This document shows positions 11,201 through 24,200 of a stretch of DNA of 56,144 nucleotides, piece by piece. The DNA is from Macrostomum lignano. Its lineage: Eukaryota. Under the pieces are notes generated by a model. It searched no databases, was not told the origin of the DNA, and worked only from the letters and a program-made list of their open reading frames with translations. Position numbers and translations under genes: made by a program. The stretch lies in the NCBI GenBank assembly GCA_002269645.1, contig NIVC01002455.1, positions 183,159 to 239,302 on the forward strand, read 5' to 3'. How positions within the stretch are numbered: position 1 is the first letter of the stretch; every line of letters starts with the position of its first letter.

Positions 11201-13104
11201 GGTGTGTGTGGCGACCCCCCCCCCGAGTCCTTTGACTGAACAGCCATACGCAGCCTTCAAATGCGCCGCGCAATAGCTGCGGCTGAGCTGTCGGTTGCAC
11301 CGACATCTGGCCCAATTGGGACAGGTGTAATCAATTATCATTGTTATTATTCAGTATGAGGTATTCTATAATATTTATTACTGGCTCTTCTCCTCACCGG
11401 TTGATGAGGCACTGCTGGGAGATGTGCAGCGGCTCCTGGTACGACTCGAGCGCTTTGTCAACTCGGCTGATGAAGGCGCCCAGCCTGTCAATCTCGCCGC
11501 TGACTCCGGCGAGCTTCTCGTCGACCTCCTCGCGCCAGTACTTCACGTCGTTGAGACGCTGGTCTGGGAGGTAAGAAAATAAAAAAAGTCATTTTCGGAT
11601 TTTATACGATGGAAGTACTTATCCACGGTAGACCTGGATCTACCATCCAATCTGCACTGAATCTACCATCCAATCTGCACTGAATCTACCATCCAATCTG
11701 CACTGAATCTACCAACCAATCTGCACTGAATCTACCATCCAATCTGCACTGAATCTACCATCCAATCTGCACTGAATCTACCATCCAATCTGCACTGAAT
11801 CTACTATCCAATCTGCACTGAATCTACCATCCAATCTGCACTGAATCTACCATCCAATCTGCACTGAATCTACCATCCAATCTGCACTGAATCTACCATC
11901 CAATCTGCACTAAATCTACCATCCAATCTGAACTGAATCTACCATTCAATCTGAACTGAATCTACCATCCAATCTGAACTGAATCTACCATCCAATCTGA
12001 ACTGAATCTACCATCCAATCTGCACTGAATCTACCACCCAATCTGCACTGAATCTACCACCAAATCTGCACTGAATCTACCACCCAGTCTGCACTGAATC
12101 TACCATCCAGTCTGCACTGAATCTACCACCCAATCTGCACTGAATCTACCACCAAATCTGCACTGAATCTATCACCAAATCTGCACTGAATCTACCACCC
12201 AGTCTGCACTGAATCTACCACCCAATCTGCACTGAATCTACCACCAAATCTGCACTGAATCTATCACCCAATCTGCACTGAATCTACCACCCAGTCTGCA
12301 CTGAATCTATCACCCAATCTGCACTGAATCTACCACCCAGTCTGCACTGAATCTACCACCAAATCTGCACTGAATCTATCACCCAATCTGCACTGAATCT
12401 ACCACCCAGTCTGCACTGAATCTACCACCAAATCTGCACTGAATCTATCACCCAATCTGCACTGAATCTACCACCCAATCTGCACTGAATCTATCACCCA
12501 GTCTGCGCTGAATCTACCATCCAATCTGCACTGAATCTACCATCCAATCTGCACTGAATCTACCATCCAATCTGCACTGAATCTACCAGCCAATCTGAAC
12601 TGAATCTACCACCCAATCTGCAATGAATCTACCACCCAGTCTGCACTGAATCTACCATCCAATCTGCACTGAATCTACCAGCCAATCTGAACTGAATCTA
12701 CCACCCAATCTGCAATGAATCTACCACCCAGTCTGCACTGAATCTACCACCAAATCTGAACTGAATCTACCACCCAATCTGCAATGAATCTACTATCCAA
12801 TCTGCACTGAATCTACCACCCAATCTGCACTGAATCTACCACCCAATCTGCACTGAATCTACCACCCAATCTGCACTGAATCTACCATCCAATCTGCACT
12901 GAATCTGCACTCACTCAGCTTCTTATCAACGTCGGCCTGGGCTGCGGCCGTCTTCTTGGCCGTCTCCTCGATGATGCGGTCCGACTCGGCTTTGAGCCGT
13001 TCGGCGGCGGCCCGCTCGAGCTCGGCGTTGCGATACTTTTGATTGTTGCTGAATGTCCACTCGGGGTGGGTGTAGCGCGGCGGTGGGTTCACGACCTTGG
13101 CCAT
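8204..13104 (-). CDS. TEKT1: Tektin-1, 5 exons, 402 aa
   Basis: Exons 13104-12915, 11563-11398, 10760-10488, 9783-9406, 8405-8204; all GT-AG, phases 1,2,2,2, 1209 nt. N-terminus MAKVVNPPPRY..EW; motifs RIGIDLVHD, RPNVEQCRD (tektin signature RPNVELCRD), KANTLYIDEV. Confidence 0.93.
8628..8992. repeat. 32-bp (36-bp variant) minisatellite in tektin intron 4
   Basis: Unit GAGTGTACTTTGATCTCCAGGCACCTAGACTA. Confidence 0.95.
9926..10385. repeat. 20-bp polypurine minisatellite in tektin intron 3
   Basis: Unit GGAGAGGAAGGGAGAGGGGC. Confidence 0.95.
10829..11029. repeat. 10-bp tandem repeat (ACACTACCAG) in tektin intron 2, about 20 copies
   Basis: Read directly. Confidence 0.95.
11068..11349 (+). 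mobile_element. tRNA-derived SINE with CORE-like central domain, full-length copy
   Basis: tRNA-like head (TAGCCTAGTG..GGTTCAG), core CCTTGAGCAAAGCAC..TTGCTTCAGTTCAACCAGCTGTAAAATGGG, (ATT)n-like tail, 7-bp TSD TTCAGTA (11061-11067, 11350-11356); second copy at 46175. Confidence 0.8.
11632..12910. repeat. 23-bp minisatellite (TCTGCACTGAATCTACCATCCAA) filling tektin intron 1, about 55 copies
   Basis: Read directly; abuts the exon 1 donor. Confidence 0.95.
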
Positions 13105-14987
13105 GGCTTGCTGCTGTGGGAGCTTTGGGCTGAAACATGAGCATCTTGATGATTTAGCATTTATGCATCAATGAGTTCCAAATAGTACATGTATAAAAAT
13201 TAATTTTCATAGCTTCCATTATTTTTCATCAATACTATTTTATCCTTGTTTAACACATTGTTTAAAAGCAACCTAATGTATTTTAGACTACAAGCAGTTT
13301 TGAATCCCATACTTCGAAATTAGAAAGTGCTACAAGTTGTAAAGAAATTAATTTTGCTTAAGATCCTAAAAGGAAACATTAAAAAATTATCATCCAGACA
13401 TGTGAATAAAACAAAGATTTTTTAAAGAAATACAATATCTGTACTTAATTAAAATTTCAAATTATCCACTTGCTAGCAAGCCAACAGAAAGTTTTCTACA
13501 GATCTTTGAAATTAAATGACACAGCAAGGAAACTCATATTAATACCATTAAAATAGTTCTTTGGTATAAATTTTGAGTTGTTGCATAAATCTAACTTGTA
13601 AAATTTCAGAAATTTAGAGTATTAGACTAAAATGGACTTTAAAGAAGAAATTAAAAATAAATTAGCATTTCAATTTTTGTCTGATAGACTATTTTTCAAC
13701 TGCATCTTTATGAAGAGCAGCACAAAAAGAACCAGAACCACTGTTTCGCACTATTTTAGTAGTTGATTTGATTGATTTTAGTATTTTAAATTTCTTAGCC
13801 ACAATGCATGTACCGTCACGAAAAAAATTCTGATCGAAAAGTGCACGTTCGAAGAAAATCGGTTGAGCCATTTTTCTCTACTGATCACATAGATACCTAT
13901 CTACCGACAAATCATTTTTGGTATATGGAAATAGCTGGTCATTGTGAACGAGATTCTATATCGTTCTGCATTTATACTAAAAATTATATTTTTTGCTAAC
14001 AGCGAATTTAAAGTAAACACAGATATCAAGATTTAAACTCAAAGGACACACTGCTTTACGTATAATCTACATACCGTAAAATTATTGAATGCTCGTGTAC
14101 TTCTTTGTTGAAGGTGTTGCGATCAGCGATATATGCGAAAGATAGATAGTTACCAAATCAAAAAAATTTCGTTGCTAGTGTTAAATTTTGTATATTGGAC
14201 CTTAACAACACAAATATTAATTAAAATAAAAATGTGAGTCCTTTATTTGCTATAAAAATTGTTTAATTTGATTTATATTATTTAAAGGGCTTCACAACTG
14301 TGCGTGTGTTTAAATATAGAAGTAAAATTTGTTAAAACATTAGATTTGCGGAGTAAAATATGTCTTAATTCGCAAAACGGATAAACGAATTAAAAACTCA
14401 TAAATTATTATTTATCAGGGTTTATTACCATTATCAATAACACAAATAAATGTAAAAGGGTTGATTTTTTCTGTGCGAAACATCCTATTACTGTTCATGC
14501 ACTTCTCTATCAAGAGTACAGACAACCTAACATGAATAGATCAAATAGATTATTTGTGGATTATTATAAATGAAACAGTCCGGCTTATTTCATAAAAACC
14601 GAAGCTATATTTAAGAATTTTCTGGTGTGTTGCACATAAAATTGTTGGTAGAGATCTATTAACTTAAAATATTTGCTTTTAAAGCTTATTTCCAGGCTTT
14701 TTGCTTGTGTTGTTGTCATATCTGTACATGCAAATTTGTTTGGATATGGAATTTAATGTACTGTGCTTTAGTTTGTTGAGGAACTTTATGTCCACATCTA
14801 TGCCGAAAGTAGAGAATTTATGGAAACATAAATTACATGGACTCGTGTATTTAACTTGTTTTGAACTCTTGCTACACAGCTTGCTACACAGCTTTCGAAT
14901 TCCCGACTAAATTATAGAGATCGAAATTATCGAGTGTCCAACTTGGATCGATGCTCCACCCATCTACCACACTAGTCCAAAAACGCT

Positions 14988-15135
14988 TGACCAATGAGAG
15001 AGGTCGGAACACTCGGATCAAAACCCGTTCGCTATTTTGCTTCCAACTTTACTTTTCCTCTCTCTTCCCATTTCCCTTTTCCCCTTTCCCCTTTCTTTTC
15101 GCCGAACTTCTATAAAGCCTCAGCAGCGTCAGTGC
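14988..15135 (+). promoter_or_regulatory. Candidate core promoter of the acidic repeat gene
   Basis: CCAAT near 14990, pyrimidine tract, TATAAAG 15111-15117, TCAGT 15129-15133; the TATA-Inr spacing is shorter than canonical. Confidence 0.3.
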
Positions 15136-15232
15136 CCAGGTATCCCAACCCTGGTTGCTGTAGTTTTGGCTTGCAACCGAATTGGATCAGCTGAAACTAG
15201 TGCACAGAATTTGTCAGCGACATTTACCAAAA

Positions 15233-18200
15233 ATGGTGGCACCCAGGCAGCGAAGAGGACCGTCTTTGGTGGCTCCCTTGTGCCTCCTGTTTCTAGGTGA
15301 GGAAAAAACACACAAAGAGGCACTGTTTTAAGCCGTTTATTAATTAATTATTCGCACCATTTTTCATCACACATTCAACAAACAGGCATCGCTTTGGTTT
15401 GCTGCCTCGTTGAAGCAGCGGATGAGCAGGCGGCCTTGAATAATGTCGATTCAATACTGGTTAGTAAACCAAACATCCTTACTTCCCTCCTAAAGCCTCT
15501 TGTAGAGGCTCTCGTAAGTTATAAAAAATTATGTAATGCTTTAGTAAACATCGACCCTCGACGACAAAACTTAACTCTAAACTTCCCAACTCCAATAAAA
15601 TCATTTCTCTCCATCGTGATCGCGCAATAACTAAAAATTTGGACCACCAGCCCGAGATGACCCACCCTCACCACCACTGCAGTCTGGCGGACGGCGCCGC
15701 CTTCTGCAAGAGGCCGAAGAGGAAGAGGAGGAAGCGGAAGAGGAGGAGGAGGAGGAGGCACCGGCGGAGTCCTCCGATGAGGAGGCAGATGAAGAAGCTG
15801 CAGCAGTCGAAGATAATCCGGGTAAAAATAGATCGCAGGCTTAAATATTACAATTCACAAGACAGGTATTTACAAGTACATATACACTGTATGCTCACTA
15901 ATTTGAGTGGATTTGAGTTTCTTGATAAGCATTTCATCAGACCCACCTTCACCCACCATCAATCCATCATTTTTCTCGCCATTTATGTTGGTCATCCGAT
16001 CCATTGAACTCTAACACGGGTTACGTATTTGAGTTTGATTCCTTGGCTTTTTCTTTGAATGAGCCCTGTGCACCAGAGTCCCACTTACAACATTTTTCAT
16101 GCTCATTTTACTACGAGCGTATATCGGCTTCTGGGGAATCATAAAACTAATTGGGGCTCACTAATACGATTAACCATAACTTAATTTCAATTGCGACTTT
16201 GCTACACAAAATTAACAAAACGCCTGACAGAAAAGCTAGGAGAGTCGCTCCGACCCTCTATTAGCCCAAGTCAAATTCTTGCAAAACAACGCCACCACTA
16301 CCAATGAAGACTCTCACGAAACTGACGAGGAATCTGGAGACGATGGCGGTCGTCGCCGACGTCGACGAAAGGGCCGCGGTCCGCCGAAGCCGCCCAAAAT
16401 GCAAGTTGAAAACGAGGCCGCCGAACAGCCGATGGTGCTAAGCGAAGACCCGAACGACCACGACTGCGACGGCATCCCGGACGATCAGGACGATGACATC
16501 GACAACGACGGCCTGCTGGATCGGACGCAAGACTCCGACTGGGACGGCGAGACAAATCAAAATGACGACGATGACGACAACGACGGTATTCCGGATGTAG
16601 AGGACCCGGACGCTAACGGTGACGGCATCCCGGATTGCCGCGAGGACACATCGGACAATGAGAAGCGACTGCGGTACCGGAACCGCAAGAAGGAGGGTGA
16701 TGCGGACAATGATGGAATTCCGGACTATCTTGACTTGGACGACGATGGTGATGGCATTCCGGATGTTCTGGAGGACTCCGATGGAGACGGCATACCCGAT
16801 CTACTGGACACCAGCAAATACGATGCCACAGGTGAGTGCCGCAATGGTCTGATACTCTGGGAAGCTGTCACTTCAATACTTAGGAATTCTTCTTATTAAA
16901 ATTGCCAACAAAAAGCAGAAAAGATGTTTTCAGGTGCTCGTTTTCTCACTGCCCTTCCATTCTATGTTCAGATGGCCCTGAGGTTGAGGACCTTATCGCG
17001 GACCTCGAAGACATGGGTTGGTATGACCGTGACTGTGACGGCATCCCGGACTTCCTTGACCCGGATGACGACAATGATGGCTACCTGGACAATAAGCAGG
17101 ACAGCGACAACGACGGCGTCCTCAACGAATGGGACGATGACGACGACAACGATGGCATCCCAGATTGGGAGGACGAAGACTCTAACGGCGACGGTAAGCC
17201 CGAGTGCGTCATGGAAGACTCAGACGGCGACGGCATCCCAGACCACATTGACACTGATGATGACAACGATGGCATTCCTGACCTGAAGGATCCCAACCAT
17301 CGGCTGTACAATTTTTTTAAAGACTCCGATGGAGACGGCATTCCGGACTCTATTGACAACGACGATGACAACGACGGAATTCCAGGTAAACAATGAGTAG
17401 CAGCAACTTGCTATGAATGTCAGCAAGCAATATTTTTCAAGTCGGGAATTTCTGAAACGTTCATCCTTCCCTTACTTCAACACTTTTTGCCCTTGCACTC
17501 GGCACTGCTGTCTGGAGAGCCCGAACGCGTCACAATCAGCCAGCCCTCATAAGTCATCTACATGCAGCGCTTTCTAAATGAAGGGAGTATCGAAGGCAGA
17601 GTTAAGGTAGAAAATGAATGGAAGCAACGGGAGGACGGGAGGTATACGAAGGTCAGAAGCGGATGGAAGCAGCTGTCGAACTAGTTTAGAAGCCATGGGG
17701 TGGTGCTGCACAAGCAAGCAGCCATCCGGGAACAAACGCTCCCTTGCAGCTGCATTCGAAAGGTCGCGATGCTTACACTCTCTATCCCCTCCGCTGTACT
17801 TGCACCAGTGCATTTGGTTCCATATGCAGCCTTTCGCATATCGATCGAACACATCCAGCTTTCAGTCCCCAGGTCTGCGGCCATACGTCTTCCAAAAGCG
17901 ATCTTCAGAAATTTTCTCTCCAGTCTGATATTTATAACCCAGTTGTAAAACGAGCTTTACAATACGAGCTATATTCTACTTTTCCGAGTAGGCAGTCTGG
18001 AAAATTCTCAGACGCTGCAAATACTTAGAAAGTTTTTGAAGCTATTAAAAATAAATTTGGATATCCCTTTCTAATCTTCATGCAGACAACGTTGACGCAG
18101 ACTCGGACGGTGACGGACAGGCCGATCTTTTCCCCGACCGGGACGGGGATGGCATCCCGGATAGCATCGATGATGATATGAACAACGACGGCATACCCGA

Positions 18201-21200
18201 CCACCTGCAGGACCACGACTGCGATGGCATCCCAGATATAATCGATCCCGATGATGACAACGACGGCTACCTTGACAACAAGCAGGACAGCGACAACGAT
18301 GGCGTCCTGAACGAGTGGGACGACGATGACGACAATGACGGCATCCCGGACAGAGATGACGAAGACTCAAATGGCGACGGGATCATAGACTGCGTGCCAA
18401 GAGACAGCGACGGCGATGGAATTCCCGACCATTTGGACGACGACGACGACAATGACGGCGTGCCGGACCACCTCGACCCGGACTCCATGTCGTTTCTGCT
18501 GTACAAGAACCTCGACGCCGTGGACGCTTTACCAGGTGAGACGCTCCGTGTGGATTCCGTTTTGTCTGATCCCGCGGCAGCTGCTATTGACGGTCCCTGA
18601 TAAGAATGCGCGCGTTTTCAACAGCAGTTTGCTAGTAGCAAAGCCGTCCCGCCTCTAGCCGCTATCCTGTAGATTGAACGCCAACACTGCGCTGCGGCTT
18701 CGCTCGCTCGCGCGCTTTTTGCCCGATAACAGCAGCGCAATTAGCCTTCGATAATTTGCATTTATGCGATTATAAAACTTATTGGATTCATGCGGCAGAA
18801 CTGCTTGGTGCATATCATGCTACTACCTTATATTAGTTTTTAGATGCTTGTACTAATTCACCATGTCAATGTAATCTAATTACAGCCCCAAGAGTTCTTC
18901 CGTGTAATACTGGAATGAATGCGTATGAAATTCTGCACAGGATAGGAATTGTATTTGCCAAAATAGCAATGTATATTAGAAACTTCCCCGAATTGCTTTC
19001 CAAAGTACATTACCTTGATCCTGTCTTTCCAGAGCATTTGCTCATTAGGAAGTTGCAGAAAAAAATGAACTACTACTCGCTGAGGTATCCGGAAGGACTT
19101 CCGCCTCCTGAGACGGGGGACTCAAGCGTTCTAAATGGTTGGTCCCTTCCCGAATCCCAGTTCGTGCCCACATTTGCTCCCCCTCATACACTTTCAATTT
19201 GATCTTTTGTTTTGGCTGTGGTGGCGATTTTAGTTTGCTCCGATTTTAATTTTCATTTAAGTTATCCCCACCCAGTAGGCAGCATTGAGTAGTGTAAACC
19301 GATTCAGTAGTCAGCTGACATAACTCGACATCATATATTTATTCACATGGGCTTACTAATGTTGAGCATTGATTTGCTTCAATTGACAGTAGCAAGTACG
19401 CTTACAACTTCTTTTAGTTGCACGGCGTGCCTTCAAGTTAATTAGTTTCTTCTTATTAGCTTAGTTTTTTTATTGTTTTTTAACGTTTTTTTAGTTTAAC
19501 TGACTTGCTGTGCTTAGTCTGAGTCGTAGGCAACTTAGGCCGTAAAGACGGTCCAATTATGATTGTCTGTTTGGCGCACTCCACCGGGAGGGTACATTGT
19601 GTGACTGGGCGGCCTGGCTGATAAACTTACTCTCTATGCTCCTATGAGAGGTCATTGCGCTAGGTGAACCTACCTGCAAAGGGAGCTGGTAAATGGAGCA
19701 CCTGGAAGGCATGAGCCCCAGAAGTTAGTACACACTGTCAGTGAGACCAACCAGATAACGGGGGATCATAGGCCAGATAGGACACCCAAGCCCCACAAGG
19801 GTTCCAACTCTCTCGGAGGACCCATCACAACAACAACAAACTGTAGGCAACATTTGCAATGTTTTTTTCATTTTTACGAGCCATATAATCGAGTGTAATG
19901 TGTTGTTCAATGATGTGTGCAACTAAATTAATTGTACTTTAACCAAGCCTAAGATATCGTAGACGTTATCAGTGCCAACGTCAATAATTTCATTCATAGC
20001 TAACGCCGATCAACATGCTTTTCGCCTCCTTTCAGCTGCATTCGTGTCAGGTAACTGCCAACAAAGTACTTTTAGTTGATACAATACAAAATTTTTTTTC
20101 TGCACAAGTTTTCTTGATGGACGTTCTGTTCGACTCAAAGCCCGAGCACTAGTTGAAGAGACGCGACAGCTTTTGTTTCATTTATCGAAAAAGAAATTAT
20201 TTTCAATTTTTTTTAACTTTGGTGAATCCCAATTGTTTCTAGAATAAATTCTCATTTAAAGTGTGGAATTAATTTGCAAATCTAACAGTGTTTTGTCCTG
20301 GTATTATTTCATTAACAATGACTGGAATAGACAAGCTAGATAAACAAGGTGCACAGGACACAAATTCTCATTGGGTTGGCGTACGGACTCAAGGGAAGGA
20401 ACTCGTATGGCACTCTTATCCAGCTCTCAGCTGCCCAACTCAGCAATCCTTTTTAATACTAACCGGAATAAAAATTTTCCCAACCTTAAGCTTGTCACAG
20501 ATGCCCAGCTTGGTGGCAAGCCATCCACCAGTTTTCAGTTTCCGAAGTTTGTTTTTACTTGAGCTCGCAGCTGATAACGCAATGCGTTCGAATTATCCAA
20601 GAGTTTGTCAAGGCGTTTAGCGGTGCCGGCCACTCATCTGCCTAACAAAAGCATCTCATCTAATTCTAACAATTTTTTGTGACTTTGGTGCAATATTGAA
20701 GGCTCACTCCGTGAATTATTTTAAGTTTCTGAATTATAGCTATTGCTCAAACATCGGAGCCACTTGGAAATTAAAAACCGAGGAAGATACTGAACTGTGT
20801 GCTAACAATTAGTAACTGCCATGCACTCACAACCAGAGTTTGTACTCTCATACAGTTCCTGAAAGCAGCATTTTTGTTTCGTCTTGCCCGCAGCTGACGA
20901 GGCCCGAGCAAACGCCAACAACGAGGCCAACCTTGGCGACCCGGGTGACCGCGACTGCGACGGCATCCCGGACGAGGAGGACGATGACAACGACAACGAC
21001 GGCAAGCTGGACAGGACTCAGGACTCCGACTGGGACGGGCAGCTCAACCACGTTGACGAGGACGATGACAACGACGGTGGGAGAAGTTGGGTTGCTTGGG
21101 TTGTAGGTTAGGAAACGATAGAATGCAGCAAGTTATGCGACACGAAAGAACTTCGAGAACCGTGGAAGAGAAGTCGCCACGACCAACCCACTCGAAAACA

Positions 21201-24200
21201 AACAACAAGGCCCCATGCAAACTTATCTGCAAAAATGGTAGAAAGGTTGCATCGGGTTGGGTTTGGCTGGTCGGCTTTTATTGATCGAGATTACACATCT
21301 ACAAACCTCGCAGGCATCCCGGACGAGCGCGATCCGGACTCCAACGGCGACGGAGTGCCCGACTGCCGTCGCGACGAATCGATTCTCTACAAGGTGGTCC
21401 GCTCCGGCAAAGGCAAGGTCCAAAAGGTGCTGATCTCGCGCAAGGAGGCCGAGGAAGAACAGGAACTCATCGAGGCCAAGAAGTCGCAGGTGTCCGCGCA
21501 CGAGATTCACAAGAAAGGCTTGGGCAACCGCATCAAGGATCCCATGATGCACACGCGCATCAAGCTGCAGAAAAAGAAGCCGGAAGAAGTGGCAGAACAG
21601 GCTGAAGCACCAAGCAAACCTGATAGCAAGAAGAAACTCGCGGCCAACAAGAAGGCGGAGGTGAAGAGCAAATCACCTGACAAGAAGGATAAGAAGAAAA
21701 ATTCTAAACCGGATACTAAGAAGGAAGATAAGAAGAAGCCGGCTGCACCAGCCGCAACTAAAAAAGCTCCTCCGGCGGCAAAGCCTGCAGCCAAGAAGGC
21801 AACTCCGCCGCCGCCACCGCCGCCGCCACCACCCAAGCCAGCTAAGGCTGTCCCAAAGAAGCCCGATGCTCCAGCGGCAAAAAAGCCAACTCAGCCGACA
21901 CTTGCGGCAAAGAAGCCGGCGGCCACTAAGAAAGCACCCGCGCCGCCAACTCCAGCAAAGAAGACTGCAAAACCAGCTAAAGCCGCTTCGCCACCACAAG
22001 CCAAGAAGCCGGCTGCAAAGGAGGCGAAAAAAGCTGCAACTCCACCGAAAAAGCCGGCCCCGACCAAGACGGTCTCAAAGCCGGAAAAAGCCGAGAAGAA
22101 GCCGCAGACGCGCAAGCTCAAGTCGCTTGCTGATGATCACGACTGCGACGGCGTGCCGGACGACGTCGATGTGGACATTGACAACGACGGCTACATCGAC
22201 CGCACTCAAGACAGCGACATGGACGGCGTCATGAACCACGTAGATGACGACGACGATAACGATGGAATTCCAGACGCAGACGATCCGGACCGTAACGGCG
22301 ATGGCATCCCAGACTGTCGGTCGGACTTCAAGCAGATCCAGGACACCGTAACCCGAATGCGCAGTCAGCAAGCTCAGGGTGACAGCGTCGGTGCCGTTAG
22401 GGAACCTCGCAGTGGAAGTAGTGGCCCCAGTGGTGGCGGAGGCTGGTTTGGTGTCGAAGCCGCCGACGATAAAGCCATTCGGGAGGCTCAAAAACAGAAG
22501 AAGAAGCTGATGAAGGAGGCTGAAGCAGTCAAAGTTAGCGGTAAGGCAGGGGCCAAGAAGCCGCCGCCAGCAAAAGCCTCCAAGAAGTCTGCCCCGGCTC
22601 CAGCAACCCCTGATTCAGACGGCGACGGCATCCCCGACCACCTTGAAGGCGACAGTGATGGCGACGGCATTCCTGACTACTTGGAGGACGAAGACGGCGA
22701 TGGAATTCCGGGTATGTGAGATCAGAACCTTCGAGAAGTCTTGAAGTTGATTTTGCTGTTTTTTGCTACGTATGTTTAGATTACCTTTAGACATCCTATT
22801 AGATCCTCGTTCGTTCTTTTACAGCTCTGCCAATAGTCCTTAGCAAACTTTCGTTATATACTCGTATTTTTTTGTTTTCTAACACTTTGTCCGCGAGCTT
22901 TCATGCTGGTATTTCATGCCGCATTTCCTCTACCAGGAGGGCACTGCAAGAGTCTTACCTTGTAGTTGCTAGAGCTTTTCTGTCTCTCAATACAGTGACC
23001 TTTCCTTTCTTGTTCGCCCTTCTTCACTGATCTTGGTGGGGATAAAAATATGTTCCGAATTATTTCGACTGACCTGCTCGGGCAGACCACCTGGAGGGCG
23101 ACAGCGATGGCGACGGAGTTCCAGACTATCTAGAGGATGACGATGGGGACGGCATTCCTAGTAAGTGGAGCTCAATATTTACTTTGTTCATTCCTCAAGC
23201 GCAACACAACTAGCAAATCATTTTTAGAGTTATGGAAAACTTTTTGCACAAATCAATTTTCTGAGCCAGTCGCAATCCAATCGAAACCTTCGTTCGTATG
23301 AGCTGTTGCAGCATGAAAACAAACACTGGGAGTAGAGCACTCACAATCCCTCGCCCAAACAGGCAGTTTCATCTCTTATATTCTTACTCAAAACTACACC
23401 AACCAATCATAGCTGGCAACAGTAGATTTGGTAAACAGTAGAAAGACCATGGGGTGTATTTCAAATGCACACATTTTTCCTTTGTCTGTCTGTCCGCTCT
23501 ATTTGATGAAGCAACTTTGAGAATCACGAAAAATTGGCATCGTCGAGATATTCAGCGATTCTCCTCGGGGTGTCTGGTGGCAAAAACCACCAACATTGGC
23601 AAAATTTTTCTGCTCACACAATCTCATCATGAAACCACGTCGGCTCAACAAACTATGCATATCGGTCGTGAGGCCTTTGTTCTTAGCGTCCCGGGCCCCA
23701 GGGTCCCCTTCATCTCCGTCTGGAGCAACGGCGGCGACCGTCGGGACCTTCAACAAAAGCACCCGATCGGCGTCTCAGAGGCGGCTGCGTTCCCAAAACT
23801 GAAATGGAATAATCCTCTTCTGCATGCAGCATTCAGTCAGTAGACACAATCGGTGAATGAAATGGACGATGGCGACCCTCTAGGCTGACCTGTAGACATA
23901 CAGGCGACCTTCGGGACCCTCAACGGAGTGCCACCACGCGGCCCCGACGAGCTGGCACCACCAAAATCGTGATTTTTCTATTAAGGCTCCAACCAGGCAT
24001 GTCTGCATATTCTACAATGCATTTGTACCATGTTAAATTGGAGAGTTACAGATTTAACTAGCGACTGAAAAAAAATATTTAATTTGTTAAAAATTATATT
24101 ACAGTATGTCAAAAATGATATTACAGTATGTCAAAAATGATATTACAGTATGTCAAAAATGATATTACAGTATGTCAAAAATGATATTACAGTATGTCAA

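Noticed and set aside
19560-19835. Possible retroposon 3' end with a (CAA)n tail in intron 6
   Set aside because: Single copy in the window, with no TSD or recognisable head.
21507-22670. Antisense and alternate-frame ORFs over GC-rich exons (also 38261-39499, 55164-55647, 9331-9816)
   Set aside because: Shadow ORFs of GC-rich coding sequence, with no independent motifs.
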